This document shows, in pieces, positions 37,886 to 46,856 of a stretch of DNA of 64,000 nt. Made by a program: the position numbers and the translations under genes. The DNA is from a virus (taxonomy: Duplodnaviria; Caudoviricetes). The notes beneath the pieces were generated by a model. The model did no database searches. It saw only the letters and a list, made by a program, of their open reading frames with translations, and was not told where the DNA came from. How positions within the stretch are numbered: position 1 is the first letter of the stretch; the number at the start of each line of letters is the position of its first letter. The DNA is taken from IMG/VR virus record IMGVR_UViG_3300037851_000671, positions 128,001 through 192,000 of that record. One strand, 5' to 3'.

Positions 37886-37941
37886 TGATAGATTCTCGAT
37901 TGGGGTTTCTGCACGATGCCTGCTTTTTTGGAGGCAAACGC

Positions 37942-37947
37942 ATATTC
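37942..37947 (+). promoter_or_regulatory. ATATTC candidate promoter for the + strand island
   Basis: ATATTCTCGG upstream of ORFs 37994 and 38160. Confidence 0.45.
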
Positions 37948-37993
37948 TCGGATTGTCTTTGAGACAGTTGAAAGGTGTTAGAGGGTGAGAGCT

Positions 37994-38185
37994 ATGTTTC
38001 AGCAATGTACAGCAGTTTCAGATTGTTCTTCTGAAAAAGAGTTAGCCGATTTAGATTCCCACATTCAACAGCTTAACTTTCGCCTCAGACGTGTTTTGAA
38101 GAATGTCAAGACAGTCAGAGAATCTTGCAAAACCACTGCCCAAGTTATTGGTGAGATAAATGGCCACTTCGAAAACCACAAATGA
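37994..38185 (+). CDS. Small coiled-coil hypothetical protein
   Basis: ATG 37994 after GAGGG. Confidence 0.55.
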   Translation: MFQQCTAVSDCSSEKELADLDSHIQQLNFRLRRVLKNVKTVRESCKTTAQVIGEINGHFENHK

Positions 38186-38894
38186 TCTTTTCTTAGAGAG
38201 ACTTGCAGAGGGCTTGGATTCAACATCAAAGCTTACTCATGCTTTATTGTCTGAGATCAGAGATTCTGAAGCGGATTTTGCCTCCATCAAAACCGAGCTG
38301 TCAATACTAAGAGAGAACGTTAAAGGACTGTCAGAGATTGTCAGGGAAGGTAATGGAGCCACATCTATTCTCACACGTATTGCGCTTATTGAGGCGCGAA
38401 TACAGAACATTGAGAAGTGGATGGAAACCCACATCGATCTTCATCAGGAGGAAAACGCTGACGTGAGCAAGGCTCAGGAACAGCTGAAAGACCTCGATAA
38501 GAAGATCGCCGCGTTAACTTCAGTTGTCAATGAACTAAAATCTCACGCCGATGATATTGAGAAGAAGAGGCGCGAGAGTATAGACCGCGAGCTAGAGCTT
38601 CAGCACGAGGACAAGAAGAGCAAGATAGGGGTAGCTGCCGAAAGACAGCAGACCATTATCAAAGTCCTTGGTGCCCTGTTGTTGGCCGTGCTTGGCGCTG
38701 CTGGTGGCTATTTAGCGAATTCTTGTCATGGGACCGCCGGAGCGGCGCAGCCAAGGAGCGTTATTGTTGCCCCCTCGGCTGCCCCTATCCTAGCTCAACC
38801 GGCCGAGCCGATCAAGGAGAATCTGACTCCTCAACCGCCGTCACAGCCGCTTCTTCAGCCTTCGGTTTCTGCTGTTGCAAAACGAACTCGTTGA
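38160..38894 (+). CDS. Coiled-coil protein with C-terminal transmembrane helix and Pro-rich tail
   Basis: IIKVLGALLLAVLGAAGGYL hydrophobic segment. Confidence 0.75.
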   Translation: MATSKTTNDLFLERLAEGLDSTSKLTHALLSEIRDSEADFASIKTELSILRENVKGLSEIVREGNGATSILTRIALIEARIQNIEKWMETHIDLHQEENADVSKAQEQLKDLDKKIAALTSVVNELKSHADDIEKKRRESIDRELELQHEDKKSKIGVAAERQQTIIKVLGALLLAVLGAAGGYLANSCHGTAGAAQPRSVIVAPSAAPILAQPAEPIKENLTPQPPSQPLLQPSVSAVAKRTR

Positions 38895-40458
38895 GATCAA
38901 AATCCCTGATCGCCTTGACAATGTTGATACCAACATACTCAAGGTTCTTGAACAGTGCCGGTGTCATAGTCTGATACACGGTGACACTACGATCACCGAA
39001 ATCAGCGCTGTGCCACTGGTAGTTGCTGGCATTGATAACCCAAAGCTCTGCCTCTGGGTTGACCTTCTTGCGATACTCAGCCCAAGCCCTTGTCAAAGGA
39101 GTGCCAGCGTTCTGCTGCTCATCAGTGATCAAAACCATCAAATCAAGCTTACGCTTGCTGTTGGTTGCGTTCTCGATTGCCAGAGAAACCGTAGTTCCAC
39201 CGGCAACCCTGAGAGCCAACAGATTCTTAACCTGATTCTTGCGATTCAGGCCAGTGATCCTTGGGCACATACCGCTAGCGTAGCCGTAACGACCTCCGTG
39301 ACCCTCCTCATACAAGGCGTTATCAAAAGTTGTGAACCAAAGGTTTGTAGCCTTTAGGAATGGCACTGCCAACAGACCAGCAGTCTGAAGAGGCTCCCCG
39401 TTCATAGAACCAGAGATATCAACAGACACACCAACTCTCTTACCTTCAATGGTAGGCATTGGTACGTCCAATGTTGCAACCATTGCATCGATAAGAATGT
39501 CCTTGACCTTTTCGTGCTTGGCGAAAATGTATGGCTTTGCAAAGTCAAGCGGAAGAGAGCGGCCATTCTGAACCTCTCCCATCTTTAGCTTGAGCGCGGT
39601 CAGTCCATCCGTGGTGTCGAAGACATTGCGCTCTTCGAGAGAACGGATGTTGAGCAACAGAGCTGTCAAACCCATCTGAGTCATCGAGGCCATTGCAAGA
39701 GGACCCTTGAGTCCCGCAAAACCCTTAACAACATCCCATGGGATTTCATTTTCCAGCATCATATCAGCGATCTTCTTTGGATCACTGAGCTTCTTCATCA
39801 TCTCAACAGCAACCTGCTTGGAACCGGTTGCCTCGGCCTTACGACCGTCCAAGACATACAGAATGACGTTTGCACGACCGTCTGTATAACGTGGGTGAAC
39901 CAAACGAACGAGCTGATTCAAAGCAGTTGGATACTTGAGCGTGAAGTTTTCAAGCTTCTTATATCCCCACTTCTCCATTGCCGCGCGCACCCACTTCTGA
40001 GCACGCGAACCAAAACCACGACCCAACTGCTTGCTCTTGCACAGCTCCACGAACTGGATCAATTGACCAGGGTGGAATGTGCTAAGCAATGCAATAGCTG
40101 CCTGCTTATTTACAGGAGAATCCAAGAACTGCTCGTTTGCAGATCCGGCAATGGCAGCAAGAGCTACCTTAACCATACCTTTCATATGGCTATTGCGGGC
40201 AAAGCAAGCCGCCTTGAGCAGGTACTCAGGGTCCAGCTTCGCGCGGTCAATGAGCAACGGCAGAGCTTCTTTTGCCGCGTCATCAACAGAGCGATAAAAC
40301 TGGTTCTTAAGAATACCAGTCAAAAGAACACGAGCAACCGAATCTTCAGGAAGCTCATTCTTGGACAGATATTCCGTCTTGGTCACAACCTTCTCAGGCT
40401 GACCCAACAGAGCCTTAACAAAAGAAGTGGACTTAACCTTGTTTGTTGTCTTATTCAT
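38812..40458 (-). CDS. TROVE + vWA protein (Ro60/Rsr orthologue)
   Basis: NQFY...DPEYLLKAACFAR HEAT-like TROVE region; MIDAS VDISGSM and LITDEQ. Confidence 0.88.
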   Translation of the reverse strand: MNKTTNKVKSTSFVKALLGQPEKVVTKTEYLSKNELPEDSVARVLLTGILKNQFYRSVDDAAKEALPLLIDRAKLDPEYLLKAACFARNSHMKGMVKVALAAIAGSANEQFLDSPVNKQAAIALLSTFHPGQLIQFVELCKSKQLGRGFGSRAQKWVRAAMEKWGYKKLENFTLKYPTALNQLVRLVHPRYTDGRANVILYVLDGRKAEATGSKQVAVEMMKKLSDPKKIADMMLENEIPWDVVKGFAGLKGPLAMASMTQMGLTALLLNIRSLEERNVFDTTDGLTALKLKMGEVQNGRSLPLDFAKPYIFAKHEKVKDILIDAMVATLDVPMPTIEGKRVGVSVDISGSMNGEPLQTAGLLAVPFLKATNLWFTTFDNALYEEGHGGRYGYASGMCPRITGLNRKNQVKNLLALRVAGGTTVSLAIENATNSKRKLDLMVLITDEQQNAGTPLTRAWAEYRKKVNPEAELWVINASNYQWHSADFGDRSVTVYQTMTPALFKNLEYVGINIVKAIRDFDLNEFVLQQQKPKAEEAAVTAVEESDSP

Positions 40459-40478
40459 GGTGAATTTCTCCTATAAAC

Positions 40479-40637
40479 GCGCCCTGATAAACAGAGCGAA
40501 ATGAGCCGTTTGCAATCGCCCAACGGCGACGGATTGCTCGCAAACTCTGAAATGGTCACAGCCACTGGAATCAAACCAGTGTCGGTAAACCCTAGCCATT
40601 AACAATAGGTAAATCTATTGTTAAATCAGGCACTGTG
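40479..40637 (-). ncRNA. Structured TROVE leader containing a CCA-ending tRNA-like element (40553-40637)
   Basis: CACAG../..GGCTGTG-ACCA, T-arm ACTGG-TTTGATT-CCAGT, 10-bp hairpin TTAACAATAG/CTATTGTTAA; ends GTGCCTGAT/ATCAGGGCGC can pair. Confidence 0.7.
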
Positions 40638-40645
40638 TGTATATC

Positions 40646-40651
40646 GAATAT
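40646..40651 (-). promoter_or_regulatory. ATATTC candidate promoter for TROVE leader
   Basis: 8 nt before the first base of the tRNA-like element. Confidence 0.5.
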
Positions 40652-40659
40652 GCAGTCGA

Positions 40660-40968
40660 TTACTTGCGTTTTTGACTCTTTGACTTGGACTGTTTAGCCC
40701 TTGCCTTCATTGAAGAGTCTTTATCTTTGGCCACATTTCCCTTCGGGGTAGCTCCCTTGGGAGGAGTGGGGCGCTGCATTTCTAATCTTGGAGTGTTATC
40801 CCCACCGAGCCCGAGCATAGCTGGAACCACGGACGGAGGCAAGCCATTTTCCTTCGCCTTGCGCCTTGCGGCCTTGCGCTTGTTTCTGGCTTGGCGGCGC
40901 TTGGTTTGCTGCGCCTCCAATTCAGCAGAAGCTTCACGTATCAACTGATCTACAAGTACGTTGCTCAT
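40660..40968 (-). CDS. Basic hypothetical protein
   Basis: 102 aa, Arg/Lys-rich, GAGG RBS. Confidence 0.7.
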   Translation of the reverse strand: MSNVLVDQLIREASAELEAQQTKRRQARNKRKAARRKAKENGLPPSVVPAMLGLGGDNTPRLEMQRPTPPKGATPKGNVAKDKDSSMKARAKQSKSKSQKRK

Positions 40969-41008
40969 CTTACCTCAACATTCAATTCTGTAGTATGCCC
41001 ATAACGAT

Positions 41009-41671
41009 TCAAAAATCGTCCATCTGATCTGCGAATTTCGTAATTAGGTTTGACAGGGTATGAGGCTCACGTTTAATGAGTGCTACATATTCTGTTTTAG
41101 AGTTCACAAGCCAGTTCACAAGATCTACTGTGTTTATCGCATCAATCTCAGCAGAGTGCGCCCCAATCTTTGGAGTTATTCCAATACCAATCAGGAAGTT
41201 ATTGAGACCAAACTTTACCTTTGGCTCTCCTTGAGCTGCTGCAATTTTTTCAGCAAGTCCATGTTTCTTGACAGCTAATTGTGCGTACTGTTTTGTACAC
41301 AACCAAAGGTCTGCCGGAAATTCTTTGTCACATGACTTCCAGGCCGCGTGACAGAACTTCCTATCAAAAGGTGCGTTGTGAGCGTAGATACATCTATGCG
41401 CTCTGGTTTTGCCATCCTCTTCAAAAAAGGCATCGATTATGTCAATGGCCTCTTTCAATGGGATGCCAACATCAAGGTCATCGACAATTTTACCCTGTAT
41501 TTCGAGGGCTTGTGGACTTGCCCGCTCAGGATTATCAACCTTTATGTCTACTGATAGCTGCTTTCCTGTAGAAAGTCTTATGACAGAGAATTGGTTAATT
41601 TGATGCCATTCACATTTTAGACCAGTTGTTTCAGTGTCTATAATGTAGTATTCTATATCATTCGCGGCCAT
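41009..41671 (-). CDS. DEDDh 3'-5' exonuclease (DnaQ-like)
   Basis: DTETTG, AHNAPFD, AHSAEID. Confidence 0.9.
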   Translation of the reverse strand: MAANDIEYYIIDTETTGLKCEWHQINQFSVIRLSTGKQLSVDIKVDNPERASPQALEIQGKIVDDLDVGIPLKEAIDIIDAFFEEDGKTRAHRCIYAHNAPFDRKFCHAAWKSCDKEFPADLWLCTKQYAQLAVKKHGLAEKIAAAQGEPKVKFGLNNFLIGIGITPKIGAHSAEIDAINTVDLVNWLVNSKTEYVALIKREPHTLSNLITKFADQMDDF

Positions 41672-41722
41672 TGACTATCAACTTTCTAACTTTGAATTGG
41701 TTGTCAGACACAACCTCTCGAC

Positions 41723-41986
41723 TCAAAAATTCTTTACGAGCTTGATTAATGAAGATGGGAATTCTTTTACAGTTGTTTTTATCTTTCTCAACTTTGGCAT
41801 TGAGAATTCTGGAGGCTGTCTAAGTTTGGCACTTCCTTGCTCTGATATCTTGAGGGCTTCTTTCTCATCCTCTGCAATAACATCCAAGGTAAGTCTAACA
41901 GGAACAATCCCCTCAACAACAACCGTGTATTGCTTTTTCTCTTTGGGTTTATCTTTTGGTTTCTCTTCTTTTTTCTTTGCGGCCAT
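41723..41986 (-). CDS. Hypothetical protein
   Basis: 87-aa ORF. Confidence 0.65.
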   Translation of the reverse strand: MAAKKKEEKPKDKPKEKKQYTVVVEGIVPVRLTLDVIAEDEKEALKISEQGSAKLRQPPEFSMPKLRKIKTTVKEFPSSLIKLVKNF

Positions 41987-41992
41987 GCAAGA

Positions 41993-42379
41993 TCATATAC
42001 CCCTGGTTATCAGAAAGTTGTCTATTAGATTGGTGAATTCTGAATTGCCGGTGGCTATTGACCTATCTCTGAGCTGTTGAAGCAGACCAAGATAATGCTT
42101 ATTCTTTTGCCACTTGTCAGAAAGAAGGCGAAGCTCTTCCTTGAGCTTTCGATTCTCTCTATGCATTTCAACAACTGTTTCAAGAGCATCCATCTCTAGT
42201 ATGTTTAGTTCATAGCAGATGCTTTTTAGTATTGGACCAGCAGCTTTATCATAGTTAGATAACTCATAGTCAATAGCCTTAAGCTCTTCTGAGATGGCGT
42301 TGTAGACATCATCTCTGACATTTTTCAGAGATTGCTTTGTTACCCTTCTTATTCTTTCCAGTATATCTTCACTGATCAT
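41993..42379 (-). CDS. Hypothetical protein
   Basis: 128-aa ORF. Confidence 0.65.
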   Translation of the reverse strand: MISEDILERIRRVTKQSLKNVRDDVYNAISEELKAIDYELSNYDKAAGPILKSICYELNILEMDALETVVEMHRENRKLKEELRLLSDKWQKNKHYLGLLQQLRDRSIATGNSEFTNLIDNFLITRGI

Positions 42380-43338
42380 TTTGCACCGTCCACCGAAGGA
42401 ATAAACTGTTGGGCAAGGTCAGCAAAATACTCTGGTGTCTTGGCTGTGCTCATGTCCAACTTGAACTTTGGTTTTTCTATACTGTTGTAAATCTTTTCTC
42501 TGAACTCGTCTTGTTCACGTTTACCAAGAACAGGCAAATCAACATTACTAGGCCTATTTTGCTCAAGCTCAAATATCATAGTTTGAAGAATTCTCATTTC
42601 TTGATAAGAGAATGTACGGGCACAGTAAGCCTGATCCAGCCATCCTTCAAACGCCATTGGAAAACAAATCTTAACCATGGCCGCCATCACATTGGCAAAC
42701 TCACGTATCTCCCATTGCGCATGAGAATCGGCACGCAAACCCAACATGTGCAAAAGGTTATGAAGGTCCATCTTCCAATACCACTCAGTATAGGTCGAAA
42801 GAGGAAGATCAATCCTGGCAAGTTCCCTAGCTACTCCACCCTCTATAGCTAAAGAGTACATATCGGAAACTTCCTTGCGGACGTAAATTGAATCTTCATA
42901 GAAATCGTTTATGACATCGTTGCCCAACTCACCATCACGCCCTTGTTTATTACTCTTGCTTTGAGCTTTCAGATTCTCTACCTGGGGTGTATAGAACTGA
43001 AGTGGCATTACAGAATAACGCCCAGAGTATTCATTCAAGCTTGCTGTTCTATGACGCACAAGCTGTCTTGCAACAAAGATAGGAAGCCTCATGTGGAATT
43101 TCATTTCCACTTGCTCAAGAGGAGATGTGTGACGGTGTCTAATCAAGTATCTGATGAGTTTTTCATCATCACTTGTTGTTTTGGTTCCGGCTCCGTAACT
43201 GCAACGAGCCGCCTGAGCAATGGCAGCATCATTGCCGCAATAATCCAGAAGAGCGCAAAAACCGTAATCTAATACTGGAAAGTATTTGTTTAGTAAACTT
43301 TCTGCTCCTGGGGAGATTGGGCGCAAAGATTCACACAT
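42376..43338 (-). CDS. thyX: Flavin-dependent thymidylate synthase
   Basis: RHRHTSPLE, RQLVRHRTASLNEYSGRY, ARELAR, HAQWEIR. Confidence 0.95.
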   Translation of the reverse strand: MCESLRPISPGAESLLNKYFPVLDYGFCALLDYCGNDAAIAQAARCSYGAGTKTTSDDEKLIRYLIRHRHTSPLEQVEMKFHMRLPIFVARQLVRHRTASLNEYSGRYSVMPLQFYTPQVENLKAQSKSNKQGRDGELGNDVINDFYEDSIYVRKEVSDMYSLAIEGGVARELARIDLPLSTYTEWYWKMDLHNLLHMLGLRADSHAQWEIREFANVMAAMVKICFPMAFEGWLDQAYCARTFSYQEMRILQTMIFELEQNRPSNVDLPVLGKREQDEFREKIYNSIEKPKFKLDMSTAKTPEYFADLAQQFIPSVDGAK

Positions 43339-44098
43339 GATTCCACGTCCTTCCATATTTGATATCAGAAATTGTACTTGGTGATACGTTGTATTTTTTA
43401 GCTAGCATAGGGACCTTGTTTTGTATATCTTGTTTTATAGACAAGACAATGTCTTCGTTTAGTTTTGCGTTGTGGTGTTTTGAGCCATTTCGCGAGAATG
43501 GTTTTATGTGTAGCGTATCAGTGATATGAGTCCAAGAAACTCTTCCAATAATTGAGTGTACTACGGAAATGGTACACCCAATTTTTTTTGATATGTTTTT
43601 TGCGTTTTGCTCACAGTTCCACATATTAACAATTTCTACCACATCATCATCTTTAACAGAAGCGCAATGATGCTTTTCTCCAGTTTGTGATAGTCCAATT
43701 TTGTTTTTTGTAGCCTGTGATAATTTTCTACCAAGATATCGTTTAGATTGCAGATCTCTTCTTTTTTGTGTCCATGGTATACAATTTGGTGTGTTGGCTT
43801 TTTTGCTTGAGTTGAATCCGATTTTGTTATCGTATACTTTAAGGTGGTCTATCCAATACTGCTCCCTATCAATTAGGTATTTTGGATCGTTTACCACCTC
43901 TACTTTCTCAAAAGTGAAAGAAGCCTCACCATATTTATTCCATGCTCTTTGAAGCCGTATGCAATGATGTTTGTTTTGTCGTAAACACCTTCTATGCTCA
44001 TACCATCGTTTATACATGTTTTTAGAAGAGCCAATGTATATTTTACCATTGGATGAACATGTGATCCTGTACACCGCTACAACTCTTGAATTTGCCAT
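43331..44098 (-). mobile_element. GIY-YIG homing endonuclease with NUMOD3 and HTH-like domains
   Basis: AVYRIT...KIYIGSS...RW..H; true start MANSR at 44098. Confidence 0.88.
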
Positions 44099-44110
44099 AT
44101 ACCTATGGCA

Positions 44111-44116
44111 AAATAT
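44111..44116 (-). promoter_or_regulatory. ATATTT, one-mismatch copy of candidate late promoter
   Basis: Exactly 12 nt before ATG 44098. Confidence 0.45.
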
Positions 44117-44120
44117 TACA

Positions 44121-44243
44121 TCAATCAACAAGGCTTACAAATCCATAATCCAATACAGGGAAGTACAGACCAAACAAAGGCTCTGCAAGTTCGTTCTTAC
44201 GGAATGTTTTAGCTCTAACATTTGCTATTTCTAACTCAGTCAT
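44121..44243 (-). pseudogene. Orphan 5' stub of thyX
   Basis: MTELE...LYFPVLDYGFVSLVD* mirrors KYFPVLDYGFCALLDY of intact ThyX; own GGAG RBS. Confidence 0.85.
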
Positions 44244-44245
44244 AT

Positions 44246-45274
44246 TCAAACTCCAATCGTTACAACGTCATGAGGCTTGCTCTCAACAAAACCTGAGTTA
44301 CTAATCTCAATGAACTCAGGGTTTAGTTTCAAATCTTTCAGATTGTCAACACCTTGATATGACATACCAGATGTGATTCCGTCCAAAAGTTTCTCAATCA
44401 CTTTTTCAGCACTTCCGCGATATGGAACAAGACCAGCAACACCTTCAACGTGTGATGTCTTGTGGGTAGAACTCCCTGCGTATTTCTTGTATGATTTGCC
44501 ATTCAATGTAATGATGTCACCTGGAGCTTCATCAGTCCCGGCTAACAAATTACCAATCATACACAAATCAGCAAAACACATGGCCTTGACACAATCTCCG
44601 CCATTACGAATGCCACCGTCAGCAATAAACATTGGCTGTTCAACATCATCTCGTAAAGCATACCCAATTGAATTAGCAACATCATCAAGCGCCGAGAGCT
44701 GTGGAACGCCATTGCCAGTTTCAATACGAGTTGTGCAAAGGCTACCGGGCCCAATGCCAACCTTTATTATGTCAGCTCCAGCTTTCCAAAGGAAATTGGC
44801 CCCCTCTGCTGTTGCAACATTACCAGCAATGATTAGAATGTCTTTATGGTTGTCTCTTAGTTTTGAGACAAACTTTCCAACACGTTCATGATGACCATGA
44901 GCCACATCAACACAGATGATACGACAACCTTTTTCTATGAGCTTGTCTGCAAGCAACTCATCATTTTGCTGTATACCAACGGAACATCCTATGTTATTGG
45001 TATGGACACCACCATTAGATGCAACAAGCCAGTTTTGAATTATTTCCTGTTGTGTATCAAACCTGTGAAGAAGCGCTAACCCACCAAGACAAGCGATGGT
45101 TTTAGCCATAGAAACCCCAGTAACAGTCTTCATATTGGCAGATATGATTGGTATCCTCAGACCAAAACCTCTCGGAAGTTTTACTGAAAGATCAACATTT
45201 GATCGTGATGGTACACTGCTCTTCTTTGGCTTCAGAAGAACATCATCGAACGAATAGCTTTTAGTAACTTTCAT
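44246..45274 (-). CDS. IMP dehydrogenase/GMP reductase family (no CBS domains)
   Basis: SFDDVLL, DVAHGH, KVGIGPGSLCTTR, IADGGI, EGV. Confidence 0.9.
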   Translation of the reverse strand: MKVTKSYSFDDVLLKPKKSSVPSRSNVDLSVKLPRGFGLRIPIISANMKTVTGVSMAKTIACLGGLALLHRFDTQQEIIQNWLVASNGGVHTNNIGCSVGIQQNDELLADKLIEKGCRIICVDVAHGHHERVGKFVSKLRDNHKDILIIAGNVATAEGANFLWKAGADIIKVGIGPGSLCTTRIETGNGVPQLSALDDVANSIGYALRDDVEQPMFIADGGIRNGGDCVKAMCFADLCMIGNLLAGTDEAPGDIITLNGKSYKKYAGSSTHKTSHVEGVAGLVPYRGSAEKVIEKLLDGITSGMSYQGVDNLKDLKLNPEFIEISNSGFVESKPHDVVTIGV

Positions 45275-45287
45275 GGCGCTCCAAATG

Positions 45288-45325
45288 AAACGAGGTCGTA
45301 ACCAATGAAGGCCACGACCTCGTTT
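45288..45325 (-). promoter_or_regulatory. 16-bp hairpin in the IMPDH/GMPR leader
   Basis: AAACGAGGTCGT-GGCC-TTCATT-GGTT-ACGACCTCGTTT, ending 13 nt before ATG. Confidence 0.6.
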
Positions 45326-45341
45326 GCTCGACGGGAAACTG

Positions 45342-46625
45342 TTACATCTGCCTACCAGAACCCTTCTTCCTTAAACTTTCAGCCTCTGGCATCAACTCTC
45401 CATCGGCCATTTCTTTAACAAATATCTTTGGAAAATCCCATCTACCATGGTGTTTCTTTCCCTTTTGTTCCCATACAATATCAACATCTGATAGTTTTCG
45501 TGATTCAATCTTGTCACCACGTACATATTCAGTGACCTCGGCTTTATCAACAATGCCAACATCACCATCAACATGATGAACTCTCATTCCTTTGGTAAAG
45601 TTTTCCAAAGGGTAATTGCTAAGTGGCACAGCAGAATCTCTAACAGACCAAGCAAAGGCAGCCCTTACAGATGCATCTTCTTCGTGTCTGACACCAACCA
45701 CTCCGCCATTGAAACTCATTGGATACATTTTGCCGTAGTAGTTCCAAACGAACGGAGCCTCACTCATGCCCTTTGGAAAATTACCACCAGTAATCCAGTG
45801 AGATGAAAAGTCCATTTTCTTGTCATCTGTTAGGTATGGATAGAAAGCAAGTATATGACCATTGATGAACGGCCCTCCGCTTCCACCACCATCATTATAG
45901 AAACCTTTCCAGAAATCAGTATGATCTTTTCCTTGAGCAGCGGAAACAAACTCATCAAGAACAGGCTTTAGTTTATCTGTCCACCAAGACAGGCCAAGCT
46001 CATCAAAAACATTCACTCTATTGCGTATGTTTTTCCAGTCTTCTACAGAGCCTTCAAGGGTTACTCTTGGAATACCACAACGGGTTGACATGCCATAGTC
46101 AAAATAACTCTTCATTGCGTCCATCAGAGTTATCTCGCTAGCAAGCTTGGCTAGAGGTGTAGTTGTTGAGAAATCAGATACTATAAGGTCACGTTTCTTT
46201 CCAATGTATTTTCCAATCCTCTCAGAGAATTCAGGGAAAGTATCCTCCCATGGGTTTTGACCACCTTTTACAAAGTTATCTCTAGATATCTCAATGAATA
46301 CTTTGCCATCAAAATCAACAAAATGCTTTCTAAGCTCCTCGGCATTTAGATTGATATGTGTGGCAAGTCCTTTGGTTATGGTCAGCCAAATAGCGTCAGG
46401 ATCTAGTATTAGCGGGTAGTGACAATCAAATGAAGATTGCACAACGCTATACAGGCCCTGCGTGGACCAGCGGCGCACCAGCTGATCGGGAGTTGAACAG
46501 GCCTCAAGCGCAAACCTGTAATTTTCCTTTAGAGACTCTTTGACGGTACAAAGACTTGTCTTTTCTATTTGTGTATTGGTTTTGAATGAGCTGTTCTTTT
46601 CACAGACTTTGAATGTTACGGTCAT
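45342..46625 (-). CDS. DUF4419-like protein
   Basis: HYPLILDPDAIWLTI, DFSTTT, MKSYFDY...CGIP.VTLEGS.EDW. Confidence 0.75.
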   Translation of the reverse strand: MTVTFKVCEKNSSFKTNTQIEKTSLCTVKESLKENYRFALEACSTPDQLVRRWSTQGLYSVVQSSFDCHYPLILDPDAIWLTITKGLATHINLNAEELRKHFVDFDGKVFIEISRDNFVKGGQNPWEDTFPEFSERIGKYIGKKRDLIVSDFSTTTPLAKLASEITLMDAMKSYFDYGMSTRCGIPRVTLEGSVEDWKNIRNRVNVFDELGLSWWTDKLKPVLDEFVSAAQGKDHTDFWKGFYNDGGGSGGPFINGHILAFYPYLTDDKKMDFSSHWITGGNFPKGMSEAPFVWNYYGKMYPMSFNGGVVGVRHEEDASVRAAFAWSVRDSAVPLSNYPLENFTKGMRVHHVDGDVGIVDKAEVTEYVRGDKIESRKLSDVDIVWEQKGKKHHGRWDFPKIFVKEMADGELMPEAESLRKKGSGRQM

Positions 46626-46664
46626 GATGACAAATCATGACCAGCCTTGTGTTCTCGACCTATT

Positions 46665-46856
46665 TCAACCAGTTTTACCAATTAAAGCGCTAAGCCAAAG
46701 ATCGTACAGAGCTTGTTTTCGTTTCTTGAGCTTTTTCTTTCGCCTTACTTTTTCAGGCAACGCTTTGAAGTCTTTTGTTTTAGATGCCCACTCTTTCGCC
46801 ATCTCAGGATCGTTAGCGAACATCCACCTCACTTGTTTTTTACTTTGAAATGGCAT
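46665..46856 (-). CDS. Small basic phage protein
   Basis: MPFQSKKQVRWMFANDPEMAKEW. Confidence 0.7.
   Translation of the reverse strand: MPFQSKKQVRWMFANDPEMAKEWASKTKDFKALPEKVRRKKKLKKRKQALYDLWLSALIGKTG

Noticed and set aside
37356-37950. CRISPR array in the long intergenic region
   Set aside because: No identical direct repeats with regular spacers; the recurring units are structural stems and T-arms.
40553-40637. Canonical tRNA upstream of TROVE
   Set aside because: No D-arm or 7-nt anticodon loop and an irregular acceptor; kept only as a tRNA-like element.
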